The translations under genes and the position numbers were made by a program. 64,000 nt of DNA from Takakia lepidozioides (Eukaryota; Plantae; Bryophyta): the NCBI GenBank assembly GCA_030704615.1, contig CM060731.1, positions 59,892,001 through 59,956,000 on the forward strand, in the 5' to 3' direction. Under the pieces are notes generated by a model. The model worked only from the letters and a program-made list of their open reading frames with translations. It searched no databases and was not told the origin of the DNA. Below, one piece after another: positions 24,595 through 38,100 of the stretch. Position 1 is the stretch's first letter, and the number at the start of each line of letters is the position of its first letter.

Positions 24595-24845
24595 AGAAGT
24601 GTCAGAAAGGAAGCAGGATGCAGCTGTTTTTGAGGTCAACAATCAAGTGCATACATTCGTCGTTCAAGCCAAATTGCATCCACAAATTGAGGAAATCCAT
24701 GCTGAGCTGAACAGTTGCCCTGGAAGATGCAGGAGGCAGGCTACATTACGCCCTTCATTTTGCATGATGTGGAGGAGCAAAGGAATTTTCCTTTTGCCCC
24801 CATAGTGAGGAGCTACCATTGCTTTTGGGCTCATCAGCACACCCT
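24595..24845 (+). pseudogene. Decayed E+/DYW deaminase extension of the PPR gene
   Basis: After the TAG: RSVRKEAGCS (PG-box-like), frameshift, EVNNQVHTF..HPQIEEIHAEL, MQEAGY, LHDVEE, HSEEL..IAFGLISTP, then truncation with no CxxC or DYW end. Confidence 0.85.
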
Positions 24846-25828
24846 TTCTTTCCCTCATAAGTGCAATTGCTTTATTGCCAGAGGTTGCTAGCTCAAGAGA
24901 GATGTCATTGCCAAAGGTGGAGCTGAGCAGATTCATAATTGGAAGTTTGAATGTGGAAAGCAGGTGGAAAAGGATAGACCAGTGACCTGTGTGTTGCTTT
25001 CAGCACATGACCACCTCCAATCTTCTCCACAGTAACTTAATCTGTGACCTAATGGACCCTGTAGTTCTACATGGCAGTGAGATTTAGACACTCAGAAACA
25101 TTTTTGGACAAATGCTGCCCACCTTAGATCAACAGATCTGCCCTCAGATCAGCGTCATACAGGAGGAAGATCAAAACCGTACATGCCAAAGATGTCGAGA
25201 GAAATTAGTGTAGGGACAACATCTTTTGAGTGCCTCCACTGTTCCTGGCCATTGCCAAAGCATGGCTTCAGGCAATAGCCAAACCTGTAAGCCCTCCGAA
25301 ATTGAACAATCTCAGTCAATTACCACTCTTGAATGCACCTGTCCCAACTCGACTGGAACAGGAGCCTGCAGAATTCGTGCCTCACACCAAGGTCTTGCCA
25401 TTTGCATTGTCGTTCGGCCTGGTTCCTGTTGCCTCTGTGTAGCCAAAATGGAATGTATCTGGAAACATAATATAACGATTATTCTCTTTTCAGTCTCTTA
25501 AGCACACAAGTCCTTTAACAAGCTTCTTCTGTTGTTACAGTTCTGATACTCTCAACTGATTGGACACATCACAATTTGAACTCTTGGCATTTCAGATCAT
25601 TTGTATCATATTGAAAAGATGCTTCCATTCCTGTGAGTTCAGTGCAAAAATCACACTCTTCATGTACAATTAAATGTCGTGTGAGCAGGTTACATGCATC
25701 AAATTGGATGATCTTGTAGGTTTCTATTTGACATACAAGGATGTGATGTGCAATGGTTCTTGTGCGTGTAGAAAAAGTCACATGAACACTGAACTTCCGT
25801 GTCATTTTCTCTACAATAAGAAAGTCTC

Positions 25829-27869
25829 ACAATGGGTATCGGCGGTAGTTGACTGAAACCCTGCTCACTGATACATGATAGTTGTCTTGTGATTGAGACC
25901 TACGTTTGAATTGGAGCAATGCAGGAGTCTGATCAGGCTGCTCTGAAAGCACTCACTAGTGCTACAAATGGGAAGGCTACTGAAGGCACGAGCCCTGAAC
26001 GTGCCGAACATATGGAAGCTTCAGCATCACCCACTGCTATGTTGAAGACAAGGGACCAGGTTTCTCTTTTCCTTTCACTTCGTATCTGTTTTCCACCTCT
26101 CTCAATCCCTTTAATCTGCACTTCAGTGAACCACACCCTGATTGTACTTGCCAGCTAGCACGAGAGTCTGCAATATCTTTAGTATGGTTGATCTTGTAAT
26201 CGTATGCTCATTGTCTGCATGTCCCCTGTTCTCCATTTGCTGCAGACTCCGGACTACGATGCCAAACCCTGGGAGAAGACTCTGAGTTACTCTGACCCCT
26301 CCCAGCTTGCTACATTCTTCTCATAATTGATGGAAAACTCTAGCAGCTTAACAATGGATATGGCCGGTAATTGATTGAAACCCTGCTCACTGATACATGA
26401 TGCTGGCCTTGTGATTGAGACCTACGTCTGAATTGGAGCAATGCAGGAGTCTGACCAGGCTGCTCTGGAAGTGCTCACCACCAGCGTTACATATGCAAAA
26501 GCTACTGAAGGCACAAGCCCTGAACGTGCCAAACATATGGAAGCTTCAGCATCACCCACTCCTATGTTGAAGACAAGGGCCCAGGTTTCTTTTTCCCTTT
26601 CACTTCGTAACTATTTTCGACCTCTCTCAATCCCTTTAATCTGCACTTCAGTAAACCACACCCTGATTGTACTTGCCAGCTAGCACGAGAGTATGCAATA
26701 TCTTTAGTATGGTGGATCTTGTAATCTTACGCTCCTTGTCTGCATGTCCCCTGTTCTCTATTTGCTGCAGACACCGGACTATGATGCCAAACCCTGGGAG
26801 AAGACTCTGAGTTGCTCTGACCCCTCCCAGCTTGCTACATTCTTCTCATAATTGATGGCCCAATTTTGAAAACTCTAGCAGCTTAACAATGGATATGGCC
26901 GGTCATTGGTTGAAACCCTGCTCACTGATACATGATGCTGGCCTTGTGATTGAAACCCACGTCTGAATTGGAGCAATGCAGGATTCTGATCAGGCTTCTC
27001 TGGAAGTGCTGACCACCAGTGTTACATATGCAAAGGCTACTGAAGGCACAAGCCCTAAACGTGCCAAACATATGGAAGCTTCAGCATCACCCACTCCTAT
27101 GTTGAAGAAAAGGGACCAGGTTTCTCTTTCCCTTTCACTTCGTATCTGTTTTTGAACCCTCTCAATCCCTTTAAGCTGCACTTAAGTAAACCACACCCTG
27201 ATTGTTCTTGCCAGCTAGCACGAGAGTCTGCAATATCTTTACTATGTAATCTTATGCTCCTTGTCTGCATGTCCCCTGTTTCCACTTGCTGCGGCTCCGG
27301 ACTATGATGCCAAAACCTGGGAGAAGACTCTGAGCTTGCTACGTTCTTCTCATAATTGATGGACCACTTTTGAAAACTCTATTAGCTTAGCAATGGGTAT
27401 GGGCGGTAATTGATTGAAATCCTGCCCACTGATACATGATGCTGGCCTTGTGATTGAGACCTACGTTTGAATTGGAGCAATTCAGGAGTCTGATCAGGTT
27501 GCTCTGAAAGTGGACACCACGAGTGTTACATATGGAAAGGCTACTGAAGGCACAAGCTCTAAACGTGCCAAAATTATGGAAGCTTCAGAATCACCCACTT
27601 CTATGTTGAAGAAAAGGGACCAGGTTTCTTTTTCCTTTCACTTCGTATCTGTTTCTGACCCCTCTCAATCCCTTTAATCTGCATTTCAGTAAACCACACC
27701 CTGATTGTACTTGCCAGCTAGGACAAGAGTCTGCAATAGTATGGTTGATCTTGTAATCCTATGATCCTTGACTACATGTCCCCTGTTCTCCATTGCTGCA
27801 GACTCCAGACTACGATGCCAAAACCTGGGAGAAGATTCTGAGTGGCTTTGATCCCTCCAAGCTTGCTAC
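25829..27869 (+). repeat. Four tandem units of about 505-535 bp (exon A + intron + partial exon B of ZDP)
   Basis: Exon A copies start at 25925, 26447, 26982, 27486 (spacing 522, 535, 504); units are highly similar. Confidence 0.95.
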
Positions 27870-30800
27870 CAATTATAGAGTAAGTTGTCTCTTCACTGCA
27901 TTTATTGACATTGTTACACTTTTATGAGCTTTATTTCTTTCTTATTTCTTTCTGATTCGCTTAGGAAGTTGAGAGAGATTTCCAATAGGGTCTTGAGCTA
28001 TAGTGTTGGCACTCACATTTTTCTCCACCAACCTTCTCATTAATATGTCAAATTTTGTCTGGTGTAGCTTTCTTTGTGGCTTGGTATGACACGACTGATA
28101 TGGCTTGGTCATTACAACAGAGAAGAATGTATATATGTATATAGTTCAAACACAAGAGATGGCTAGATGGGAAGAGCTGTCAATAGAGTTCTATCAGGTG
28201 GCGTGGGACATTTTGGTTGTTGCTACAACTGGAAGCTGAAAGGGTTGGATGTCTTTGAGGGCTGCATGGCCAAACGTTTCAAGTAAGGTTCTTCAAATTC
28301 ATGGACTTATCTGTCATTCTACAATTGCACTTTTGTTTCTAAAAGCTGGGATGCTGGCAGGGTGCCAGACTACCCAACTGTTGGAAGGCTTTCTCATCTG
28401 TGATTTTCTCTGAGGTAGACAGGCCGTGCGCCCTTCTTCTTTGCGTGGGTGCTTTCCTAGGCTCTTTTGGCAGGGTTCTACAATATTTTGATGGAGGGGT
28501 AAAGTTTACATATGCGGCTTTTAAGTACAATGGACATCAGAAACAGACCCCTGTGGACCTTCTGGTTGTCTCTTATTTCTTCTGTTAAAACACTATGTGC
28601 AAACCACAGTCTTGTGTGGTTGATATTTCTTCGGTGTACTGTATAACTGTATGTGGGGTACAGGCAGCAGGCTTGCAGTCATCTAGTAAGATTGCTGCAT
28701 TCGACTTTGATGGCTGTCTTGTCAACACATCTGTCTATCGGTATGTCTAAGTTTCTCCAGGTTTGTCTTGTTTGAAGTTGTCACACTGAAACTGTAGCAG
28801 AACTTGAACTAAATTCAGATTGTATTCGGCCATGTGCCCCTAGTATCCGCCCTCGGTCGGTTGCTGCATTGTGCAGGTATCAATATTGTGGATGGAACCT
28901 TCCTTTTGGTGGCATAGGCATTTTGTGGGGGCTGCTTATGCAATTCTGCCATGGCAGGGTGCACCTCAATTGTTTTTGTAAAGCTTGATACTTGATGATC
29001 CAAATGCTAGTGTACTTGTCTTTTTTATCGCAACTCATGCTTTGGTGGTGACAGGCATGGAGCACATGCATGGTCTCTGCTTTTTCCTTCAATACCAGAG
29101 AAGCTTGAGAAGTACTATCATGACGGCTATAAGCTGGTCAGTGCAACTTGTACTTTGTCTATTTTGGCTTTTTTTCTCCCTGCACTCAGGTTTTGTTCGA
29201 GGTGTTTTTGAGTTGAATGCCTCACTGTCTGTCATGCATCCTCCCCACCATTTAGCCTCCTTCCTCTTCTCTGTTGGTGATACGACTGTAAGTGCTGTCA
29301 GGTGGTGTTTACAAATGAGTCCAACATCGATCGATGGAGTCAGAAACGACAAAAAGCTGTGGATACTAAGATAAGGCGTTTGGAAGGCTTTATGGAGCTA
29401 GTCAAAGTGCCCATGCAGGTAGGTTGGCGCTTTACACCACTTTTGTTTTCACTGTCAAAGTTCTAGGGTCCTTCACATGATGCAACAAATGTCACCTTTA
29501 AGGCAGCATTGGTTTCTGTCAACCAGGTTGCTTACTGGTGCAATGGTCTTGCGATAGAGTCGCGTGTTGATTGTATCTTTGCCATAAATGACCTGTGGAT
29601 TGTATTGCAATCACCATTCATCAGTGGTGTTTGGGCTTCCCAGTTGCTTCTGCCTAGGTGGTTGCAGGACTTACGCAACTCCTAGTCAGGGGTGAACTTG
29701 GTCATCGTTGTACTGGCAGCTACTGCTGTAAGGTGTTTCAAGGGCCGTGGAATGCTTTGGAATTGGGGAATTCAATGGTGATAGAATTTGGTTTGCTTGA
29801 CCACTCTCTCCTCGTTAGGCTGCAATTGATGTGTTTCTCTGATTGCTGATCCGGTCTGGTTTGGCTTTCCTCTTCTGTTTATTGTTTTCTTCGTTAATGT
29901 GCGGAAAAAAGGAAGCACACCAAAACAAAACTCACCCTGGGAAGAGATGGTAACCCTACAAACCTGCTCTTGACCTGCAATTCAGGTTCTGATACCTCAG
30001 GTGAGGGGTTGGTTAAATACGTCCAGTCTGGAAACATCGTATCCCAGGTCTGGGAGCTCCCCGACCTCTTCTCGGGGAGGTGGGAAATGAGGGGCAGTAG
30101 GTTGTCTGCAGTTGTGCAGAGGCTCTGTCAGTATTAGGGGTCCCCTTTCTCATCGTCAGGTGGCAGTCTTGAAAGAACGAAAAGGAGTTTTTCAAATAAA
30201 CTCGGATTTTACATAACCGTGCAGGTTTTCATATCGTGTGCAAAGGAGGGCACCAGGGATGCATGCCGGAAGCCTGCACCAGGCATGTGGCAACTCATGC
30301 AGAGCCATCTTAATGGTGGCATCCCATTTGACACAGAAAGGTTTTACTCTTCTATTATCTTGCAACTGTGAAGCCCCTTCAAAACAGACTGCTTGCACCT
30401 TGTGCTAGTCTCAGATGTATGGTCCGGTCTATTGACTTCAGCATTGGTCTCTGCATTCCAAAGCCCTATAGTGTGTCCTGCAAGGAGGGGATGGGAGCAA
30501 CACTCATGCACGAGTTGACTAAGTTGGCATGACTGAAGGCATTTGTTTTATTTCAATTTACTAAAGGGGGCGATTTACTACCAGTATTATTTTGAGGATC
30601 TTGAAGCAAATGTGTGGAACAGATTGTTTGATGGTTGGGACTTGGCGCCTTGATTAGGTCATTTTATGTTGGAGATGCAGCAGGAAGAGTTGGTGACCAT
30701 AGTGCTGCTGACATTGGGTTTGCCAAGGTGAGTGCTTTCGTAGGGCTCGTTATACTTTGCAGGCCAATCTCAAGCTGTCCACTTCTGCATTTATTGGCTT

Positions 30801-31098
30801 TAATCTAGGTTTCACTGCTTGTGTAAGAATCCTGTAAGAAGGATACATTAGAGAACTGAAATGCTCCACCAACCCCGCTATGGAGAGTTAAATATCTAAC
30901 AAGGAGAACGGAGTTTGAGTAGTGTAAAGGAAAATTTGAAGCTTATTTATGTAGCCCAGTTTCAACTTTTGGTTAACACCCTTCGGAAAGGAAATGGCTA
31001 GTGGATGTTTTTTTTCCTTTTGCTAGGGTGGCATTCATACGTCCGTGGTTTCTCAGGCTGTTGGGGTGACGTTCTTTGTGCCGGAGGAGGTGTTTTGA
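25925..31098 (+). CDS. ZDP: Polynucleotide 3'-phosphatase ZDP-like (HAD phosphatase domain intact; 5' zinc-finger exons not found)
   Basis: Exons 27486-27623 (and/or earlier A copies), 27802-27879, 28361-28414, 28664-28740 (KIAAFDFDGCL), 29055-29136, 29302-29418 (VFTNESNIDRW), 30225-30340 (RKPAPGMW), 30658-30727 (SFYVGDAAGR..DHS..DI.FA), 31057-31098 (FFVPEEVF*); all GT-AG and in frame. Confidence 0.9.
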
Positions 31099-31249
31099 CG
31101 CCGACTCAGTTGATGGTGGAGCACGCTGTGGTAGGCCCATGAGTCTTCCAGCATTCAAATGAATAGCTGTGTTTTGAGTGTTGAAGCCAACAATCGTTTC
31201 TGCTCTTCAGGCAACTGTTGTTAAATCCCTTTATTTTACTAAGCAGTCC

Positions 31250-31500
31250 TCTGCCTCGGACTTATTCTGTTTCTATTGAAGTTGGCTACGGACGTTAGCT
31301 TCTTCCTTGAGTCAAACTTACATAGCCTTTTACTTCTTCCAATCCCAAAACGCAGCTAACGGCACTTCTCGCCAAATGGATCCCAAGATCCATATATAAT
31401 GGGGAATGCATGGCCTGGGCTGGGGCATTCTCCTGGGTCACAATATCTCCCATTCCTTCCCTCTTCTTCCTCCCTTTGGTACCCCTCTCTCCCCTAAAGA
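31250..31500 (+). mobile_element. Short internal LINE ORF2 fragment
   Basis: LLAKWIPR at about 31365-31390 matches LAKWIPR of the LINE near 38325; boundaries approximate. Confidence 0.4.
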
Positions 31501-31929
31501 AGCAAATATCGAACTAACTGACTGTTTTTATGTACATGTATGTCTGAATGTTTGCTATGTCGGGTATGTATGCAGTTTGGCGTCATTCTGAAACTTTTAA
31601 GTGGCAGCCGGCAGCTTCCGCTCAATTCCAACCATGTTGGCAAAAGTTGTGCAACAATTTTTGAAGGTCCCTTAGATGTGCTGGAAGGCAAGGGCAGATA
31701 GAAGACTGCTCGATTGGTTCTAATTAACCAAAAGTTTGCATCACTGTATGTGTTCACAAAAGAGTTTCAATGTTGTGTGCATATGTAGCTGTAAAGTTAA
31801 GAGTGCCTGTTTGAACTGTACATAAGCTGAGGCGATGGCCTGGGATGTCAAGCTTCTGTATTTGTCCATGGTTATACACCGCATGAAGCGAAAACAGTGC
31901 AGGTATGTCCAGACGAGTGTTATCCCAAT

Positions 31930-32150
31930 TGGAATATGTGGGTGTTGTAAGAGAAATAATTCAACTGGATTACGGAATTCTTCGCCCAATTCTGTTCTTG
32001 TGTAGATGGGTGAGGTCACACATGGTGGGCCGGAATGCCACCATGAAATGAGATGATTATGGCTTTCTCTTGGTTGACTTCAGTCGCGTGTTACCTCGGA
32101 TGGAGCAGCCCTAGACATTCCCTAGTCAGGTGGAGCAAGTTTTTTTCACC
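31930..32150 (+). mobile_element. CACTA (En/Spm) transposase C-terminal remnant (DUF4216-like)
   Basis: YVGVVREIIQLDYG..ILFLCRW..*DDYGFLLVDF..P*TFPSQVEQVFF with in-frame stops. Confidence 0.75.
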
Positions 32151-35100
32151 AACCAGAATTGAGTGCGGTGGCGCACTCAGTTTCGAGACTGACCAAGGAC
32201 CTGCCCTGTCTCATTCATCATTTCGTGCGTGTTTCGCCGCCTCAGCCCCTTAACTTCGCTTCCCCCCTCTCAGCTGCTGGCAACTAACAAGGCAACTGGG
32301 CTCATTACCAAAATGTGATGAAGCCTCTTTGACATTGCACTTCAGTCTGAGGGAGTTCTAGTCAGATATCCCTAGCGCAGAAAAATGGTTTTTTTGATAA
32401 GATTATGGCTGGAACTTTCACATCTCATCCTCTAACTCTTTCTTGGATTACATTAGATTGATTGAATTAAAGTTTTTCGATCTCCTGTGAGAAGGAGATG
32501 GAACCAGTGTTTTTTTTTCTGGCGAAAAATCACCTGATTTCGACCTGGAAACTTGGTCAGCTACTTGTACAAAGGAATTATGGGGGGTAAAATCCAAGAT
32601 TTTTGCCAAAAAGCGCCGCAGATGAATTTCAGGAGCCTAATCTTCCCGACAGCGACCAATTAAAACGTGCCACCTGGAATATATCCACTCTTATAGCTCT
32701 GTCACCTCATTATTTTGGCCACATGGGCACTCGGTAGAATTCACCACCAGCGACTTTGGAAATATGGAAAAAAAAAAAAAAAAAAAAAAAAAACACTTGA
32801 TGGAAGTGTGCCGTGGTATATCAATAAACTGGAGAATTTCAACACAAGTTGGCAGGCTAAAGCCAAGATCCCCGAGGCGATGGCGGAGCTCCACGGTTCG
32901 CGGAAGGAGACCCCAACGGTCTCTTCGTCTCCCTCGTTACCTTTCCCTCGTACTTACAGTCCTGGTCGGGTCATCTTCATGACAGATTCCAAATGTACTA
33001 TCTGTAACCTCTCCATTAACAGGCGAATCGCCTCTTTAAACTCTAGATTTCGACGTATCTACATGCCGTCCTTTCTCGTTTTGGGCTCTACCCTTTCTTC
33101 ATCCTTCCTTCTACTAGGTAGAGCTCTCTGTTGAACTCAAGTCTCCTTTCATCAGCATCATGTATTGCCACCTTTCTAACCCCTCCTTTCGTTTCCCTAT
33201 CCTCATTTAAGTCTCTCTTTTAGCGGCGTTGTCTCTCTCAGACACACTTCGGAGAGCCGCCTTCATTTATGGGGACTGCCACCCTTGTCGACTGAGTTGC
33301 CGCAAGCTAACCCCGCTAAAGCCCATGCAACTCCCCTCACTCATGCTATTGCTTCACTGAGTTTTCCTGTAGTCGCCTTGCTTCATTACCTTTGATTTCC
33401 TGCGTGGCGCATTCTTGCGTAGAGAGTATTCTTTTCTCTTACTGCTGCCTATCTAGCCTCTCTACTTCCTTACAGATATCATGTTTCCCTCTGGTATCAG
33501 TTCTTCTCTACCCAACGACCTTTCAGGCTCACGATTCCCCAGGGATCCCACGCTGCCAATGCGAAGAAGACACCAGCCCTCCTCGGGCACAGGCTTCTAC
33601 ATGGCGCATCAGGCCCAGACCAGGCAGGACCAAGGTAGAGGCCCTGCAAGGGTACCCCCTTCTTTCCCTTTGGCTCTTACCTGGGGTGTCTGACAGTATT
33701 TGATCCTCAGATGTGCACAGAGAACTTGCGCAAGGATCCTGCTTGGAAGACAGGTACTATTGCCTCTCGTCTCCATGACTCTGGCTGTCCCAAGATTGTA
33801 CTAATGATGCCTAAGGATGCTGTCTTGCCTGCATGTGTGAGGCTCCCTATAGATATGGAAGGAATTATTACACTATCAGAATCATTGAGGAATCCACATC
33901 ATCGGCATGCTTCAATTACGGTAAGCTGGGACACTTCAAAGCGGACTGCCTATCTGCAAAGCGAAAAAAATCTTCACCAGTACAAACACCGGAGGGCCCC
34001 CTCAGGCCAGTTCCTAACCGTCACCACTCTATCTCGCAGCAGTTTTTCATTCCTCAGGCTGGTCCAGATCCATATCATACTCTTTCGGGAAGACCTTCAT
34101 CTGCTTCAGTCATGTCAATGCAATCTCTGCCCCTATGCAGCAGGACACAATGCAAATTAAACCCCCAGGAGCAAATTTCAGTCACACTTCCTCTATGGAC
34201 CCAATGCAAATTCAGGCTAGCTACTGTTACTACCCTCATCCCTCAACAGGAAAGGCTTAGGGACAATTCTCTGGTACTCCCCTTTTGGCTTCTACTGAAA
34301 TACCAACCATTCAGCTTGTTCAACCCACCAAGCCTGTTTGGCCATCTAGCATACCGGTTCCTAGAATTATTGCCGGAATTGCCATTGACCCTATGTTCGC
34401 CAATATTTGCTTGCGGTTGAACTCCTTTCCAAGCCTGGAATTGAAGGGTTGTTCTGCTTTGCAAGCCAAGGATGCCCCCAAGGCTGTTTGCATTACCCCC
34501 CTCATTTTCCGCCAGGGTAATCTTCCATCTATACTGGTCACATCAGATGACTTTGAGCTAGTCGAGTCCCTCTGGATTACAACGGATGATATCAGGCAAT
34601 TTTCTCTTTCTTGCTCCACGGACAGCAACCCTGTTACAATGCTAAGGTTGAAAATTCAGAGATTCCTTCGAGCCTTTTTCCCGCATTACTTATTGTCCAC
34701 AACAGCAAAGATTACATGGGGAGCGTACCTGGAGGAATACCTAGGCCTAGGCAGTAGACCCAACACAAACATTCTAGCTCTTGTGGAAGAAGCGGAGGTC
34801 TATCTATTGGAACCCCCCATTGGAGCGCTATGGCTCTCGGAAGTTGGCTTCTCTATCCCGAGAGGAGGTCATAGGCTTCAAATCAGGAACCAAGATACCC
34901 TGCTCAATGGGTTCCAATTGTTGTCAGCTCGCTCAGAGGCGGAAACTGATGAAGACAATCATAAGATGGAAATCCAGAGAACCAGGGATCACCTCAATGG
35001 AATAAGAGCTCCTACATCAACTCCTACCTCTTCCAACTTGGGCCTGGATTCATCCTCGGAAGAAGCACCCTCCCTCCTACCTCAACCAACGATCACCATG

Positions 35101-38100
35101 TTTCTTGCCAACCCCTCCCATCTCCTACTCCACAATCTCCAATCCAGGTTCGTGCCTCTCATATGCCTTGTATTTTCTTTCAAGTTCTTTCTAGAGACAC
35201 ATGCAGATGTTGGCTTCTCAGTTGCAAGGTTAAGAAGCAGGGTAATCGTCAGGCTAGACCACTTCTCCCATCGCTATCCATACCTTCTTCTATCCCTTCA
35301 GGATCCATTGCCTTGGATTCGAGAGAAACGCACCCCTCCTCCAGGCTCTACAAAACGATGAATTTTTCCCTAACCCAGTTAGCTTAGTCTCCCTTTCTTT
35401 ACAAGAAGTACCATTCCACCAATTCTACCCAAAAACATCCAGGCCACCTGCAGATATCTTCCGTGCTCTCTTTATCCAGATCCTCAAGAAATCCCCCAAA
35501 CCTCCTGTCGGGCATCAGTGGGCTAAGTCCCTTCTTCCCGCAGACCGTAGAGTCAGATTTACTTTCCTTCAAAATGGGCCATCAAATGAGACCTCCTATC
35601 TCGCCCTTCCTCAGCCATCTAATGATACTTAACATAACATCGTGGAACATTAGGGGACTTGGGGCCGATCCCCTAACTCCCTCAAGCGCCTCAAAATCAA
35701 ATCTTGGTTAGGCCCCTACCTCCTAAAAGACTATCATTATCCTGCAAGAACATAAACTAGACCCTACTCAAATAAACTCGCTTTCAGACCATTTATGGCC
35801 TTTGGCCTCGGCCTTCTGGAAGCCCATCTCTAAAGGAACTAAAGGGGGGACAGCAATCCTCCTCTCCCCCTCATTGCAAAGCCTCGTCACTTCTGAGGCC
35901 TGTTGGATACCTGGGAGAGCTCAAATGTGTGTCCTCACCCTTCCCAATAACACGGGGACCATTGGACTTCTTAACATTTATGCCCCCAACACGACAGCTG
36001 AAAGAAGTGACTTTTGGTCGTTTCTGGATGATCATATGCAAGCAGAAAGCTCTATAGATAGCTGGATTGTTGTCGGTGATTTTAATATGATAGAAAGCCA
36101 GGAGGACAGGAGAGGGGCAGGCTCCTTCTCACCTAATTTAGATGAGATGGACAGATAGCTCTCATGCACTCAAAACAACGGTCTAACCGAAGCGGTCCCC
36201 CTCTCGCAGCAAGGGGATGGCCTCTCCTTCATTTGGACAAACAACAGTTCTCTGGGGGATCTTTGTATGGCTCGCTTAGACAGAGCATATGTCTCTCTAA
36301 ATCTCGTTCAATGGGCGGCAAGAGACATTCAATAGCCAATTCCCATGGGCTTCGATCACGCACCCATTTCTCTCACAATCACCGTTCCCTCGGTTCAAAA
36401 AAGGGGTAGAGGCATATACAAGCTTAACAGTCTTCTTCTTAAACTTCCCTCCTTCAAACAAGAGCTATTGCAATCCTGGTCTCCGGCAACACCTCTTAGA
36501 CCCCAACTGATAGATTTGTGGCCAAGCTTAGGGCTGTTAATATAGTTAGCCAAAGACTTCACCAAAACTTGGCCTTGGTCAGGAAGAGGAAAGTCAAGGC
36601 TCTCACCAAGTGTCTCACAGTTTGCCAGAAGAGGCTCAGTCCTCCCACTGTGACAATCACACGTTCCAGACGTACATGCAGGCTAGGAACAATCTAGATG
36701 TACATCACATAATGCAAGAAAGAAAATGGAAGCTTCAGGCGGGGGTAACCTGGTCAACCAAGGGAGAGAAAATGAACAAATATTTCTTTGATAAGACGAA
36801 GCTTAGAAGAGCCTCTCAGTGCATTTCCGAGTTGATTGACCAGACCACAGGCCTCTCTGCTTCAACCCCAAAAGCAATGGCAAATCTGTCAGCTGCCCAC
36901 TTTAGACAGCTCTTTCAGAGCAACCAAGGCTTCCATCTCCCATCGCCTGCCCAAACACACTGTCTTCAGAATACCCCAAGAATTCTGACTCCTCACACTG
37001 CTGAGGTCTTGGAGGGCTAGTTCACAAAAATGGAATTAGAGAACGCCCTCTTTAAGCTTCAAAACAACAAATCCCCTGGCATGGATGGGATTCCGGTGGA
37101 GTTTTACAAGGCCCTATGGCCAGAAATATCTGAGGATTTCACGGCGATGGCTAACCATCTCTTTGAGAGCGGAGTTATGCCAACATCTATGTCCCAAGGA
37201 GTCATCACTCTGCTTTTTAAAAAAGGAGACAAGACCAATATATCAAACTACCGGCCAATTACTCTGCTGAATGTGGCTTACAAGATAATGGCAAAGGCTC
37301 TAGTTCTACGCGTTCAACCACTCCTTCCTTCCATCATTCGCCCCAACCAGACAGGGTTTGTGAAAGGAAGGTGTATCTTAGACAACTTGTTGTTAGCTCA
37401 GGAGCTCGCTCACAGAACTAACCAAAGCAATAGCCATGCTCCTCCTAGATTTTGAGAAGGCCTTTGATAGAGTTGAGTGAAGCTTTCTACTGGCAGCCCT
37501 GTCAAGGATAGGGTTCCCACAGTCTTTCTGCAAATGGGTTCAGATTCTCCTAACCTCTTCATCAAGCAGAGTCATTCTTAATGGTCAACTTTCAGCCTCC
37601 TTCCCCCTACAGAGATCAGTACGCCAGGGCTGTTTCTCCATTCCTTTTCCTTGTTGTGGCAGACTCCTTGGGATATATGCTTCAGAATGACACGCAGATC
37701 AAAGGACTCAGGATAACCAACTACATTACCAAGCAAAGGTCCCAGGTCATGGACTCAATGTTTGTCGATGATACCTTTTTGATGCTTCAAGCTAACCAGC
37801 AAAACTTGGACTCCACTGAGACAACCCTCAATGCCTTCTGCTCAGCCTCTGGCTTCAAGATCAATTGGGACAAGACCTCTGCCCTGCTAGTGGTTGATAT
37901 TTCAGCTTCAGGGCTTGGTGCCTCTCCTAATTGGGGTGCAAACCATGGCCTAAAATGGCTTTGTCCAGGGGAAACTACAACCCTCTTGGGCTATACTTTT
38001 GGTATAGACCTCACCGACGCTCAGAAATTCAAACCGGTCTTAACCATGCTCAAGCACAAGCTCTCCTACTGGGGAGGCAAACACCTCTCCATAACAGGAA

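Noticed and set aside
25165-25215. NRTCQRCREKLV* as a possible ZDP zinc-finger remnant
   Set aside because: Only the CxxC matches; EYAKS and LRLG are absent and a stop follows
25829-27869. Tandem array as a CRISPR-like locus
   Set aside because: Units are about 520-bp exon-intron duplications without unique spacers, in eukaryotic DNA
32768-32793. A26 run giving poly-Lys ORFs
   Set aside because: Homopolymer inside degenerate LINE ORF1; no TSD or separate element found
34285-35361. 358-aa ORF as an independent gene
   Set aside because: Lies between the LINE ORF1 knuckle and the endonuclease, so it is part of the element
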